From Smithellaceae bacterium (lineage in GTDB: Bacteria > Desulfobacterota > Syntrophia > Syntrophales > Smithellaceae), in the NCBI GenBank assembly GCA_035416785.1, contig DAOLNX010000004.1:1-57853 (forward strand): 57,853 bases of DNA, written 5' to 3'. Shown piece by piece: positions 9,053 to 17,089 of the stretch; position 1 is the first letter of the stretch, and every line of letters starts with the position of its first letter. The notes under the pieces were generated by a model, which worked only from the letters and a program-made list of their open reading frames with translations, ran no database searches and had not been told where the DNA came from. Made by a program: the position numbers and the translations under genes.

Positions 9053-10639
9053 ATGGTAAATGTTACTTTAGACTATCTGAAGGAATTACAGGACATCGGC
9101 AGTCAGGTACTGTCCGGTTATCACAAGAAAACCCAGAAGCTGCCTGCGGACATGCTGGAATTTTCTCTGCATTCTTTAAGTGCTCAGCAGTTGTACTGGC
9201 TGGGGGTTCTTTCATATTTTAATGAATTTTCAACTCCGTTCTGGATATCGCTGAATTCCTTTTTAACCAAGGAAAAGGAAAAAGTTCAGGAAGTACATCC
9301 TCTGGAAACGGTCAACGATTACATTGAACTGTTGAAGTTCAATATGCAGATCGTTGAAAAAGGATTGACGCCTTCCATCACGGGCGCGCATGATTTTCAA
9401 AGGGACCAAGCGGAGAAATTTCTGGCTGCTTTTTTTAAATTTCTCTTTGATATCGACGGAGACAATATCAAGGGCGTCACCAAAAGCAGCGCCAAAACAC
9501 TGGATAATCTGATCCGGGCGTTTCCTCAGGCAGTTCAGGAGGTTAAGAAGGATTTCGGGTTCCATTTCGACGATGGAGGTTATGAAAAAATTGCCGAAAC
9601 GGACCGGTTTTTCCTTTACCAGGTTTTTTCGCGTGATAAAAGCATCAAGGTGCGGAAAAAGGCCAAACCGGTCATTATTGTTCATCCTTATGTTTTAGGA
9701 GCGAACATTCTGGGATTTTTACCGGACGAGAGGAAAAGTTATACGCACGCTTATGCCGATCAGGGAATTCCCACTTACATCCGGATTTTGAAAAATATTG
9801 ACCAGAATCAGGCGCTGCAGGTCATGACGGGAGAGGACGACGCCCGCGATACCAGGTATTTTTGCGAGATCCTGAAGAAAAAACACAACAAACCTGTTAC
9901 GTTAAGCGGTTTTTGTCAGGGAGGGTTCATCTGTGTGTGCGATTTGCTCTCCGGTGAGCTTGACCATCTTGTGGACGCTCTGATTACCTGCGTGGCTCCG
10001 ATTGACGGGACCAGAAGTAAGGCGCTGGTTGAATATCTGCAGCATCTTCCTCCGCGTTTTCGGGACTTGAGCTATGCCGCCAAAAAAATGCCGACAGGAC
10101 ATCAAGTCGTGGATGGCAAGGTCATGAGTTGGGTGTATAAATTGAAGAGCATGGACAAGGAAGCGCCTCTGGTGACTTTCAGTCGGGATCTGGCATCCGT
10201 GCAAAACATGAGCAAGGCCGGCAATGAGCTAAAAATCAATAAAACCGCAGCGGCGCTTTTACACTGGCTGACGTATGACCGTCTGGACCTGCCTCTGGCT
10301 ATCACGCAAATGAGCTTCGATTCTTATACGATTCCCATCACACCGGATGGAACGCTTCCGGTCAAGTTGTTCGGAAAAGAGCTAAATTTCCGGAAAATGA
10401 AGGAAAACAAAATCAAATGGCTCATCTGCTACGGAGAAGGCGATGATCTGGTGGATAAAGACACAACGCTTGCCGCACTGGATTATGTTGATGCGGAGGT
10501 TACACCCTTTCCAAAAGGACACGGAGCCATTGCCACAACCTGGTCCCATCCGGATTCGGAATATGCCCTGCACAAAACCTATGCCAACGGCAGCCGGGGA
10601 CCGGTCCGGTTTCAGTTGGATTTGGAAAAAGAAGGGTAG
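9053..10639 (+). CDS. alpha/beta hydrolase resembling PHA synthase (PhaC-like)
   Basis: 528 aa. Lipase-box variant with Cys, 'SGFCQGG' (Cys288, nt 9914-9916). Candidate Asp in 'GEGDDLVD' (~464) and His in 'PKGHGAI' (490). 'KPVIIVHPYV' lies upstream, as in PhaC. Confidence 0.55.
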   Translation: MVNVTLDYLKELQDIGSQVLSGYHKKTQKLPADMLEFSLHSLSAQQLYWLGVLSYFNEFSTPFWISLNSFLTKEKEKVQEVHPLETVNDYIELLKFNMQIVEKGLTPSITGAHDFQRDQAEKFLAAFFKFLFDIDGDNIKGVTKSSAKTLDNLIRAFPQAVQEVKKDFGFHFDDGGYEKIAETDRFFLYQVFSRDKSIKVRKKAKPVIIVHPYVLGANILGFLPDERKSYTHAYADQGIPTYIRILKNIDQNQALQVMTGEDDARDTRYFCEILKKKHNKPVTLSGFCQGGFICVCDLLSGELDHLVDALITCVAPIDGTRSKALVEYLQHLPPRFRDLSYAAKKMPTGHQVVDGKVMSWVYKLKSMDKEAPLVTFSRDLASVQNMSKAGNELKINKTAAALLHWLTYDRLDLPLAITQMSFDSYTIPITPDGTLPVKLFGKELNFRKMKENKIKWLICYGEGDDLVDKDTTLAALDYVDAEVTPFPKGHGAIATTWSHPDSEYALHKTYANGSRGPVRFQLDLEKEG

Positions 10640-10659
10640 TTTGCTCTGATTTAGCGATT

Positions 10660-10717
10660 AAACGAGAAATGCCTTCGGGATAGAACAGATGCTTTCCCGA
10701 AGGCATTTCTCGTTTTT
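10660..10717 (+). terminator. rho-independent terminator between convergent genes
   Basis: Perfect 21-bp stem (10660-10680 pairs with 10695-10715), a 14-nt loop, then a T-run (10713-10717). It sits between the PhaC-like stop and the MCP stop. Confidence 0.7.
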
Positions 10718-10733
10718 GCCTATGGAGTGGATT

Positions 10734-12116
10734 TCAGGTTTGTACCATCCGGTCAAGCTTTTTGACAAATTCCTGAATATCATCGGACATACTGGTGAGT
10801 TCCGTGGAAACAGCTGCATGTTCCTCGGAACTTGCAGCATTGCTTTGAATCACGTTGTTGATGTCATTGATGGCTCTTTCAATTTCGGCGATTCCCTGAG
10901 TTTGATCCTGAGAAGATTCTGTAACGATTTTCAAGTGATCAAGAAGTTTTTCCGTGACTTTAACAAAAGTGGAAAAGGCATCGTCGGAACTGATTGCCAG
11001 TTCCCGGCTTTTCTTGATATTCTGAATACTTCTGGAAATGATCTCCTGCGTATTTTTGGAAGCTTCGGCTGATTTTCGCGCCAGATTCCGAACCTCGTCG
11101 GCGACTACAGCAAAACCAGCACCCAGTTCGCCCGCACGGGCGGCCTCGACGGCGGCGTTGAGCGCCAGAAGATTGGTCTGGAAGGCGATGTCGTCGATGG
11201 TCTGGACAATGCGGCCTGTTTTTACGCTGGCCTCATTTACATCATCCATGGAGTTGCGTAAATCCTTCAGGGACTCATTGGTTTTAATAACGATGTGCGA
11301 AGTGTCCGCCATAAGTTTCTGGGCGTCGTGAACAACTTCGGTATTTTTTCTTGTTTTTTCGGCAATTTCTTTAAGCATGGCGGATGTTTCCTGCATGGCT
11401 GCTGCCTGGGTTGTGGCGCCTTCGGCCATGTTCTGACTGGATGCGTCAATAACGCCGGCAATTTCGGTCAATTTCAAAGAGCTTTCACGGATATCGACGA
11501 CAGAATCTACCAGTTTGGTATTGGCCCGCCTCATGGCGGTTGTGATCAAAATGGACAATACAGTACACAAAACAATGGCGATGAGTCCGTCAACAAACGC
11601 GCTGGTTGTAACACTACGAGCTTCGCTGGAGGTCAGTTCACCGATGACCGCGATATAATAGACAAGATAAACGCCGATAAACCAGACCATGATACCGATT
11701 ACAGCTTTTCGGCTGGTAAAGAGTGTGGCAAAGAAAATGACGATGAACATGAAATTATTATAGCTTGCGAAACCTTCATAGATGACGGGACTCATATACT
11801 TGCTGACAAATCCCAGTGTGCTGGAGATTGCGATGGTAATCAGCAGGACATAGCCGGCGATGTTGAATTTTTTCTTCAGGGTCAGAATAATGCCGGTTAT
11901 GGCGGATATGATGATAACGACAATCAGAGGACCGGCCTTGAGAGCTTTATCCGGAGCCAGGGCAAAAAGCATTACTGTAAGGATAATGAATAAACCAATG
12001 GCCGAGAAACAGAAGATGTAAAAAAACCACGCCAGTTGCTGGGTGAGGTGGTCAAAGTCCTCATAACGGTTGATAATGGATTCCCGCAATCTTGTCCACG
12101 CATTTCCGTTGCTCAT
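10734..12116 (-). CDS. methyl-accepting chemotaxis protein with polytopic membrane N-terminus
   Basis: 460 aa. Signalling hairpin '[37 protein letters not shown]'. The N-terminal ~200 aa is strongly hydrophobic with several TM segments. Confidence 0.85.
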   Translation of the reverse strand: MSNGNAWTRLRESIINRYEDFDHLTQQLAWFFYIFCFSAIGLFIILTVMLFALAPDKALKAGPLIVVIIISAITGIILTLKKKFNIAGYVLLITIAISSTLGFVSKYMSPVIYEGFASYNNFMFIVIFFATLFTSRKAVIGIMVWFIGVYLVYYIAVIGELTSSEARSVTTSAFVDGLIAIVLCTVLSILITTAMRRANTKLVDSVVDIRESSLKLTEIAGVIDASSQNMAEGATTQAAAMQETSAMLKEIAEKTRKNTEVVHDAQKLMADTSHIVIKTNESLKDLRNSMDDVNEASVKTGRIVQTIDDIAFQTNLLALNAAVEAARAGELGAGFAVVADEVRNLARKSAEASKNTQEIISRSIQNIKKSRELAISSDDAFSTFVKVTEKLLDHLKIVTESSQDQTQGIAEIERAINDINNVIQSNAASSEEHAAVSTELTSMSDDIQEFVKKLDRMVQT

Positions 12117-12348
12117 AATACTCTCCTCTGCAAGATAATGTTATTCATGTATTGAACTGCATATATATTTTTTGACTATTTATTTTTTGACTAGCAGTAA
12201 TGTCGAGATATATCAATAAAAAATGCAAAAAAAACGATAAAAAAGGACAAAAAAATGCGATTGTCTTCAAAATGGAGGTTCTTTGATCTTCTGTTGATTT
12301 TTTTTGTGGGCTTTAGAAAACTGCTACCTATTCATCCGTCAAAAAATA

Positions 12349-12377
12349 TTGACAGAGATGGGCGGCTTTTCTATACT
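12349..12377 (+). promoter_or_regulatory. near-consensus sigma70 promoter (TTGACA-17 nt-TATACT)
   Basis: TTGACA at 12349-12354, a 17-nt spacer, TATACT at 12372-12377. It lies ~50 nt upstream of the lipoprotein ATG, which has a GGGAGAAG SD. Confidence 0.5.
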
Positions 12378-12429
12378 CAAACCGCGGGAAGTCCATTTTG
12401 CATCTCATTGATTCCGGGAGAAGAAATAC

Positions 12430-13323
12430 ATGATGAATAAACGTTATTGCTTGTTATTGTTGATTTTATTATGCATTTTGATTTCAGGATGCGCATCCAA
12501 TCGTCCCATCGACTTATCGGGAAAGGCGATGCCGGACAGTGATTTCCTGAAACGCAAAGTGGCGATTGAATATCCCAAACTGCAAAAAGTCACGCAATGT
12601 CCACTTGACGAGTTTTTGAAGGCCATGAAACCGGGTAAATGGATGAAAATGAGCGAAGCACAGTGGCTTTATAATATGAAAAATGAAAAATTTGATATCT
12701 ATGTTCTGTTTACAAAACATCCTCTGCATCAGGATGTTGTTTTGTTTCAGAAAGTGATTATTAACGGCAGAGATGTTTCAGAGGACGGGCTGGTGACACT
12801 GTTTCGGTTTACGTTGTCCGAATTGGGCCTGGATGTCTTGAAAAGCAACGATGTTTCTTCAGAGGGAGTATTGACATTATTTAACGCCGATTCTTCCGAA
12901 AACACAAAAGCGCCGGCGGCAACTGCTGTGGAGGTGAAAGAAACCGCTGCCGCTTCTTCCGATACGTCGACGGAAGCCAGAAAGAACCCTGCGACGGAAA
13001 CGAATGCTGTGTCACCACCACCGTTGGCAGAAAAACGCCTCACGGCTCCGGACGAGAAACAATCGGAAATATCCAGGAAAACAAACGGGCCGGCGCTTTC
13101 AGCGGTTACGCAGACACGTCAGACACAGAAGGAGCCCGAGACTGCCAAAGCTCTCCCGAAAAAGGCAAGCACCGAAAAGGTCAGGGTCGTCGGCAATCGG
13201 GACAGTAAGCTTTACCACTTACCGGGCATGAAATATTATTCCGCCGTCAAGGCGTATCACCGGGTGATATTTGAATCCGAGGCGGATGCAATCAAGGCAG
13301 GTTATTCCAAAGCTCCAAGATAG
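12430..13323 (+). CDS. lipoprotein with low-complexity linker and small C-terminal conserved domain
   Basis: Signal peptide plus lipobox 'LISGC'. An A/T/S/P/E/K-rich linker. C-terminal 'VVGNRDSKLYHLPGMKYYSAVKAYHRVIFESEADAIKAGYSKA'. Confidence 0.6.
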   Translation: MMNKRYCLLLLILLCILISGCASNRPIDLSGKAMPDSDFLKRKVAIEYPKLQKVTQCPLDEFLKAMKPGKWMKMSEAQWLYNMKNEKFDIYVLFTKHPLHQDVVLFQKVIINGRDVSEDGLVTLFRFTLSELGLDVLKSNDVSSEGVLTLFNADSSENTKAPAATAVEVKETAAASSDTSTEARKNPATETNAVSPPPLAEKRLTAPDEKQSEISRKTNGPALSAVTQTRQTQKEPETAKALPKKASTEKVRVVGNRDSKLYHLPGMKYYSAVKAYHRVIFESEADAIKAGYSKAPR

Positions 13324-13346
13324 CACGTTTACACGTTTATATCTGT

Positions 13347-13374
13347 TTGACAAAGCAAAGGGATTTGTTATAGG
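13347..13374 (+). promoter_or_regulatory. candidate sigma70 promoter for hom (TTGACA-16 nt-TATAGG)
   Basis: TTGACA at 13347-13352 and TATAGG at 13369-13374. Preceded by the tandem CACGTTTA CACGTTTA (13324-13339). Confidence 0.35.
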
Positions 13375-13439
13375 AAAAACCGTTTGCTCGAAGGAAAAAG
13401 CGTTGTTTGTTTCCGGTTCATGGATGGAGAGGAAGAGAT

Positions 13440-14750
13440 ATGAAAAAAATTTCAATCGGTTTAATAGGTTGGGGGAATATCGGCACAGGCGTGGTGAAGC
13501 TCTTGCAGCAAAATGAGGATTTGATTACTCAAAAACTCGGAGCCAAACTGGTTTTAAAAAAGATTGCCGATGTGAATATATCATCACCACGCGGGGTGAA
13601 AGTGCCGAAATCTTTGCTGACCACAGACGCCGGTGAAATTCTTTCCGATCCGGAAATTTCCATCGTCATCGAATTAATGGGAGGTTATGAGCCGGCAAGG
13701 ACTTACGTGCTGCAAGCTATCGAAAACGGTAAGCATGTGGTGACGGCCAACAAGGCCATGCTGGCAACGTATGGAAATGAACTTTTTTGCGCCGCCCAGC
13801 ATAAGGGCGTGGATATCGGTTTTGAAGCCAGCGTGGGCGGAACGATTCCCATTGTGAAAACATTAAAAGAATCACTGGTTGCCAATCACATCAACTCCAT
13901 TGTCGGCATTATGAACGGAACTTGCAATTTTATTCTCACTAAAATGACGGACGAGGGAAAGCCTTTCGATGTCGTCTTAAAGGAAGCACAGCAACTTGGA
14001 TTTGCGGAAGCCGATCCGACGTTTGATATTGAAGGTATTGACACGTCCCACAAGATGGCCATTGTCCTTTCACTGGCTTACGGACAAAAAGTCAATCTCC
14101 AGGATATTTATGTGGAAGGCATTACGCAAATCAGCGCCGAGGACATTGCCTTTGCCCGTGAATTGGGCTATCGGATCAAGCTTCTCGCCATCGGCATGCT
14201 GAAGGGAAACAAAGTGGAGGCGAGGATCCATCCGACGATGATTTCTTCTGGTCATTTACTGGCCAATGTCAACCGGAATTACAATGCATTTCATCTGGTT
14301 GGAGATGCTTCGGGACCGGTTTTCCTGTTTGGCCAGGGTGCGGGTATGATGCCTACGGCCAGTGCCGTGTTCAGCGATATTCTCGACAGTGCACGCAACA
14401 CCTTGAAGGACATCTCCGGCCGTGTGCCGCCCAGATCCATTAGTGAAACCGGTATGAAAAACATCAGTCTGATTCCAATGGATGATGTTGAAACAAAATA
14501 TTATTTCCGCTTTTCGGCCCTGGATCAGCCGGGAGTACTATCGAAAATATCCGGAATTCTCGGAGAACATAACAGCAGTCTGGCAACGGTGATTCAGAAA
14601 GCCAGAAAGGAAGCGGGACCCGTTCCCGTTGTCATGACTACCTATAAAGCAAAAGAAAAAGATGTGCGTCAGGCCTTGAAGAAGATCGACAAACTCAAAA
14701 TCGTTAAAGATAAAACGGTCTTGATTCGCATTGAAGATGAACTGAACTAG
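13440..14750 (+). CDS. hom: homoserine dehydrogenase
   Basis: 'MKKISIGLIGWGNIGTG' Rossmann start with a GGAGAGGAAGAG SD, 'VVTANK', and a C-terminal ACT-like region. The ORF-track start at 13407 is judged too early. Confidence 0.9.
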   Translation: MKKISIGLIGWGNIGTGVVKLLQQNEDLITQKLGAKLVLKKIADVNISSPRGVKVPKSLLTTDAGEILSDPEISIVIELMGGYEPARTYVLQAIENGKHVVTANKAMLATYGNELFCAAQHKGVDIGFEASVGGTIPIVKTLKESLVANHINSIVGIMNGTCNFILTKMTDEGKPFDVVLKEAQQLGFAEADPTFDIEGIDTSHKMAIVLSLAYGQKVNLQDIYVEGITQISAEDIAFARELGYRIKLLAIGMLKGNKVEARIHPTMISSGHLLANVNRNYNAFHLVGDASGPVFLFGQGAGMMPTASAVFSDILDSARNTLKDISGRVPPRSISETGMKNISLIPMDDVETKYYFRFSALDQPGVLSKISGILGEHNSSLATVIQKARKEAGPVPVVMTTYKAKEKDVRQALKKIDKLKIVKDKTVLIRIEDELN

Positions 14751-14771
14751 CTATTATTCAGGAAAGATTTT

Positions 14772-15998
14772 ATGAAATACGTTGTATTATTGGGAGACGG
14801 AATGGCGGATTATCCCAGTGAAAAACTGGGGGGGAAAACGCCACTTGAATGCGCATTTACACCTTTCCTGGATCAGATCGCCAAAGAAGGAACTCTGGGA
14901 CGAGTAGATACGATTCCTGAGGGATTTACTCCCGGTTCAGATGTGGCCAATTTGAGTGTACTGGGCTACAATCCTGTGGAAACCTACACAGGTCGCGGAC
15001 CTCTGGAAGCGGCCAGCATGGGGGTTCAGCTCGGGCCTGACGATGTTGCCTACCGCTGTAATCTTGTGACTCTGGGGAATGAGAAAACGGATGTGGCCTT
15101 TATGGACGATTTTACCGCCGGTCATATTTCATCAGCACAAGCAAGCGAAATTATTGATGATCTTAACAAAAAACTGGGTTCGTCGCAGATTCAGTTTTTT
15201 CCGGGGGTGGGTTACCGGCACTTGTTGGTCCGACGAAATGCCACCGGTTCTCCCCGGACAACACCGCCTCATGATATACCCGGAAAGGCTATTGCATCCT
15301 ATTTGCCCGCAGGGGAATCTGCAGATGAGGTGAATGATCTGATGCGAAAGGCCATGGATATTCTGGAGAGTCATCACGTGAATGTCCGGCGAATATCTGA
15401 AGGAAAGAAACCAGCCAATTCTATCTGGCTTTGGGGGCAGGGGAAAAAACCCAGAATTACTCCTCTTACGAAACAGTACGATCTTAGCGGTGCCATGATT
15501 TCGGCGGTTGACCTTTTGAATGGTTTGGGGGTGAATGCCGGATTGAAACCCCTACACGTGGAGGGTGCTACCGGCTACATCGACACCAATTATTCGGGCA
15601 AGGCCCAGATGGCGCTGGATGCTCTGCAATTCATGGATTTTGTGTTTTTGCACTTGGAAGCTCCGGACGAAATGGGACATGAGGGCAATGCGCCGGGAAA
15701 AATTCAGGCGATTGAATTTTTTGATGAAAAAATTGTCGGACCGATCCTGACCGGCATTCGCGCACTTGGTGAATACCGTCTTCTGGTCTTGAGCGATCAT
15801 CCAACACCGATTGATTTAAAAACCCACGTTGGCGATCCGAGTCCTTTTGCGGTATTGTCTTCACGTCCGGAGGAAAACGCAGCTCAAAAACAGCCGTTTA
15901 CAGAAGCGGCCGCCAGGGAAAGCGGAATTCTGGTCTCTCCCGGTTATCTGCTGATGGACAAGTTTATCCGGAATTGGAGCATGCCGCTTGCCAAGTAA
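14772..15998 (+). CDS. cofactor-independent phosphoglycerate mutase (ApgM) family protein; candidate non-orthologous homoserine kinase
   Basis: 408 aa. 'MKYVVLLGDGMADYP...GKTPLE' and 'LHLEAPDEMGHEG' are alkaline-phosphatase-superfamily ApgM motifs. It lies 21 nt downstream of hom. Confidence 0.8.
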   Translation: MKYVVLLGDGMADYPSEKLGGKTPLECAFTPFLDQIAKEGTLGRVDTIPEGFTPGSDVANLSVLGYNPVETYTGRGPLEAASMGVQLGPDDVAYRCNLVTLGNEKTDVAFMDDFTAGHISSAQASEIIDDLNKKLGSSQIQFFPGVGYRHLLVRRNATGSPRTTPPHDIPGKAIASYLPAGESADEVNDLMRKAMDILESHHVNVRRISEGKKPANSIWLWGQGKKPRITPLTKQYDLSGAMISAVDLLNGLGVNAGLKPLHVEGATGYIDTNYSGKAQMALDALQFMDFVFLHLEAPDEMGHEGNAPGKIQAIEFFDEKIVGPILTGIRALGEYRLLVLSDHPTPIDLKTHVGDPSPFAVLSSRPEENAAQKQPFTEAAARESGILVSPGYLLMDKFIRNWSMPLAK

Positions 15999-16449
15999 TC
16001 AGATAAAAATTCGGGTGATTTTTGCCGACACGGACGCCATGGGTATTGTTTATCACACAAACTACATTCGCTGGTTTGAAATGGGGCGTAATGAATTGAT
16101 GCGGCAACTGGGATTGGCCTATACGGAACTGGAAAAACTGGGACTACATCTTCCACTAACGGAAGTTTCCTGTCATTATCTGGCACCCGCAAAATATGAT
16201 CATGTCGTGACGGTTGAAACAAAATTTGACTATATTCGAAGAGCAAGCGTCAAGTTTCTCTCCAGGATATGGACAGAAAACCGTGAAAAACTTCTTGTGG
16301 AAGGTTATACGATTCACGCCTGTATCAACTCGGAAGGAAATATCCGTCGGATGCCTCAGGTGATTCTGGCATTGGCCGAAAAATACAACATTAATAGAGG
16401 GGAAGAATATGGCAGAAAAGCTATCCAAGAAAGAACTGAAAAGTCCTGA
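15988..16449 (+). CDS. acyl-CoA thioesterase, YbgC/4HBT family
   Basis: 'IRVIFADTDAMGIVYHTNYIRWFEMGRNELMRQLG' hotdog-fold motif with catalytic Asp. TTG start is uncertain; it overlaps the upstream stop by 11 nt. Confidence 0.75.
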   Translation: MPSNQIKIRVIFADTDAMGIVYHTNYIRWFEMGRNELMRQLGLAYTELEKLGLHLPLTEVSCHYLAPAKYDHVVTVETKFDYIRRASVKFLSRIWTENREKLLVEGYTIHACINSEGNIRRMPQVILALAEKYNINRGEEYGRKAIQERTEKS

Positions 16450-17089
16450 TGCATTTCAAACGACATTTGAAAGAATGGGCGATTATATCCTTGAGAATAA
16501 ATCACGCGTGATGGTGGTTTCCGCTGCACTGGTTTGTGCCTTTGTTCTTGCCATGGGTATTTACCTTTACTGGACTTCCTACACGAATTCCTCTTTAAAA
16601 CTTTATGCAAAAGCACAGGACCATGTTTCCACAAACGGGGAAAATAAAGAAATCATTAATGAAAACATTAAAATTTATCAGGAATTGATTGATCGGTATT
16701 CCCATAGCCCGAGTGGTAGGATGGCATATTATCATTTGGGCAATATTTATTATCAGAAAGGAGAGATGGACAAGGCCATCGGTTCCTATGAAAAATTTGT
16801 AAGTAAAACCGGATCGGATAGAACGGGCGTTGAATTTCTGGCTCTGACATCCATCGGATATGCGTATGAAGTCAAGAAAGATTACGCAAAAGCACTGAAA
16901 TACTTTGAAAAAGCGCAAAAAGTATATTCTGTGGGTTTTGAAAGTATTGCATTCAGAAATCTTGGACGGGCTTCCGAAGAATTAAACAATAAAACGAAGG
17001 CTCTGGAGTATTATAAGAAGGCATTGGAGAAAACTTCGGAACCATCCGCAACAATTTTTATTAAACGAAAAATTTCTGCCTTGAGTTGA
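16409..17089 (+). CDS. membrane-anchored TPR protein (YfgM-like architecture)
   Basis: 226 aa with one N-terminal TM ('VMVVSAALVCAFVLAMGIYLYW') and TPR-like repeats ('GNIYYQKGEMDKAIGSYEKF', 'AKALKYFEKA'). SD GGGGAAG. Overlaps the thioesterase gene by 41 nt. Confidence 0.65.
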   Translation: MAEKLSKKELKSPDAFQTTFERMGDYILENKSRVMVVSAALVCAFVLAMGIYLYWTSYTNSSLKLYAKAQDHVSTNGENKEIINENIKIYQELIDRYSHSPSGRMAYYHLGNIYYQKGEMDKAIGSYEKFVSKTGSDRTGVEFLALTSIGYAYEVKKDYAKALKYFEKAQKVYSVGFESIAFRNLGRASEELNNKTKALEYYKKALEKTSEPSATIFIKRKISALS

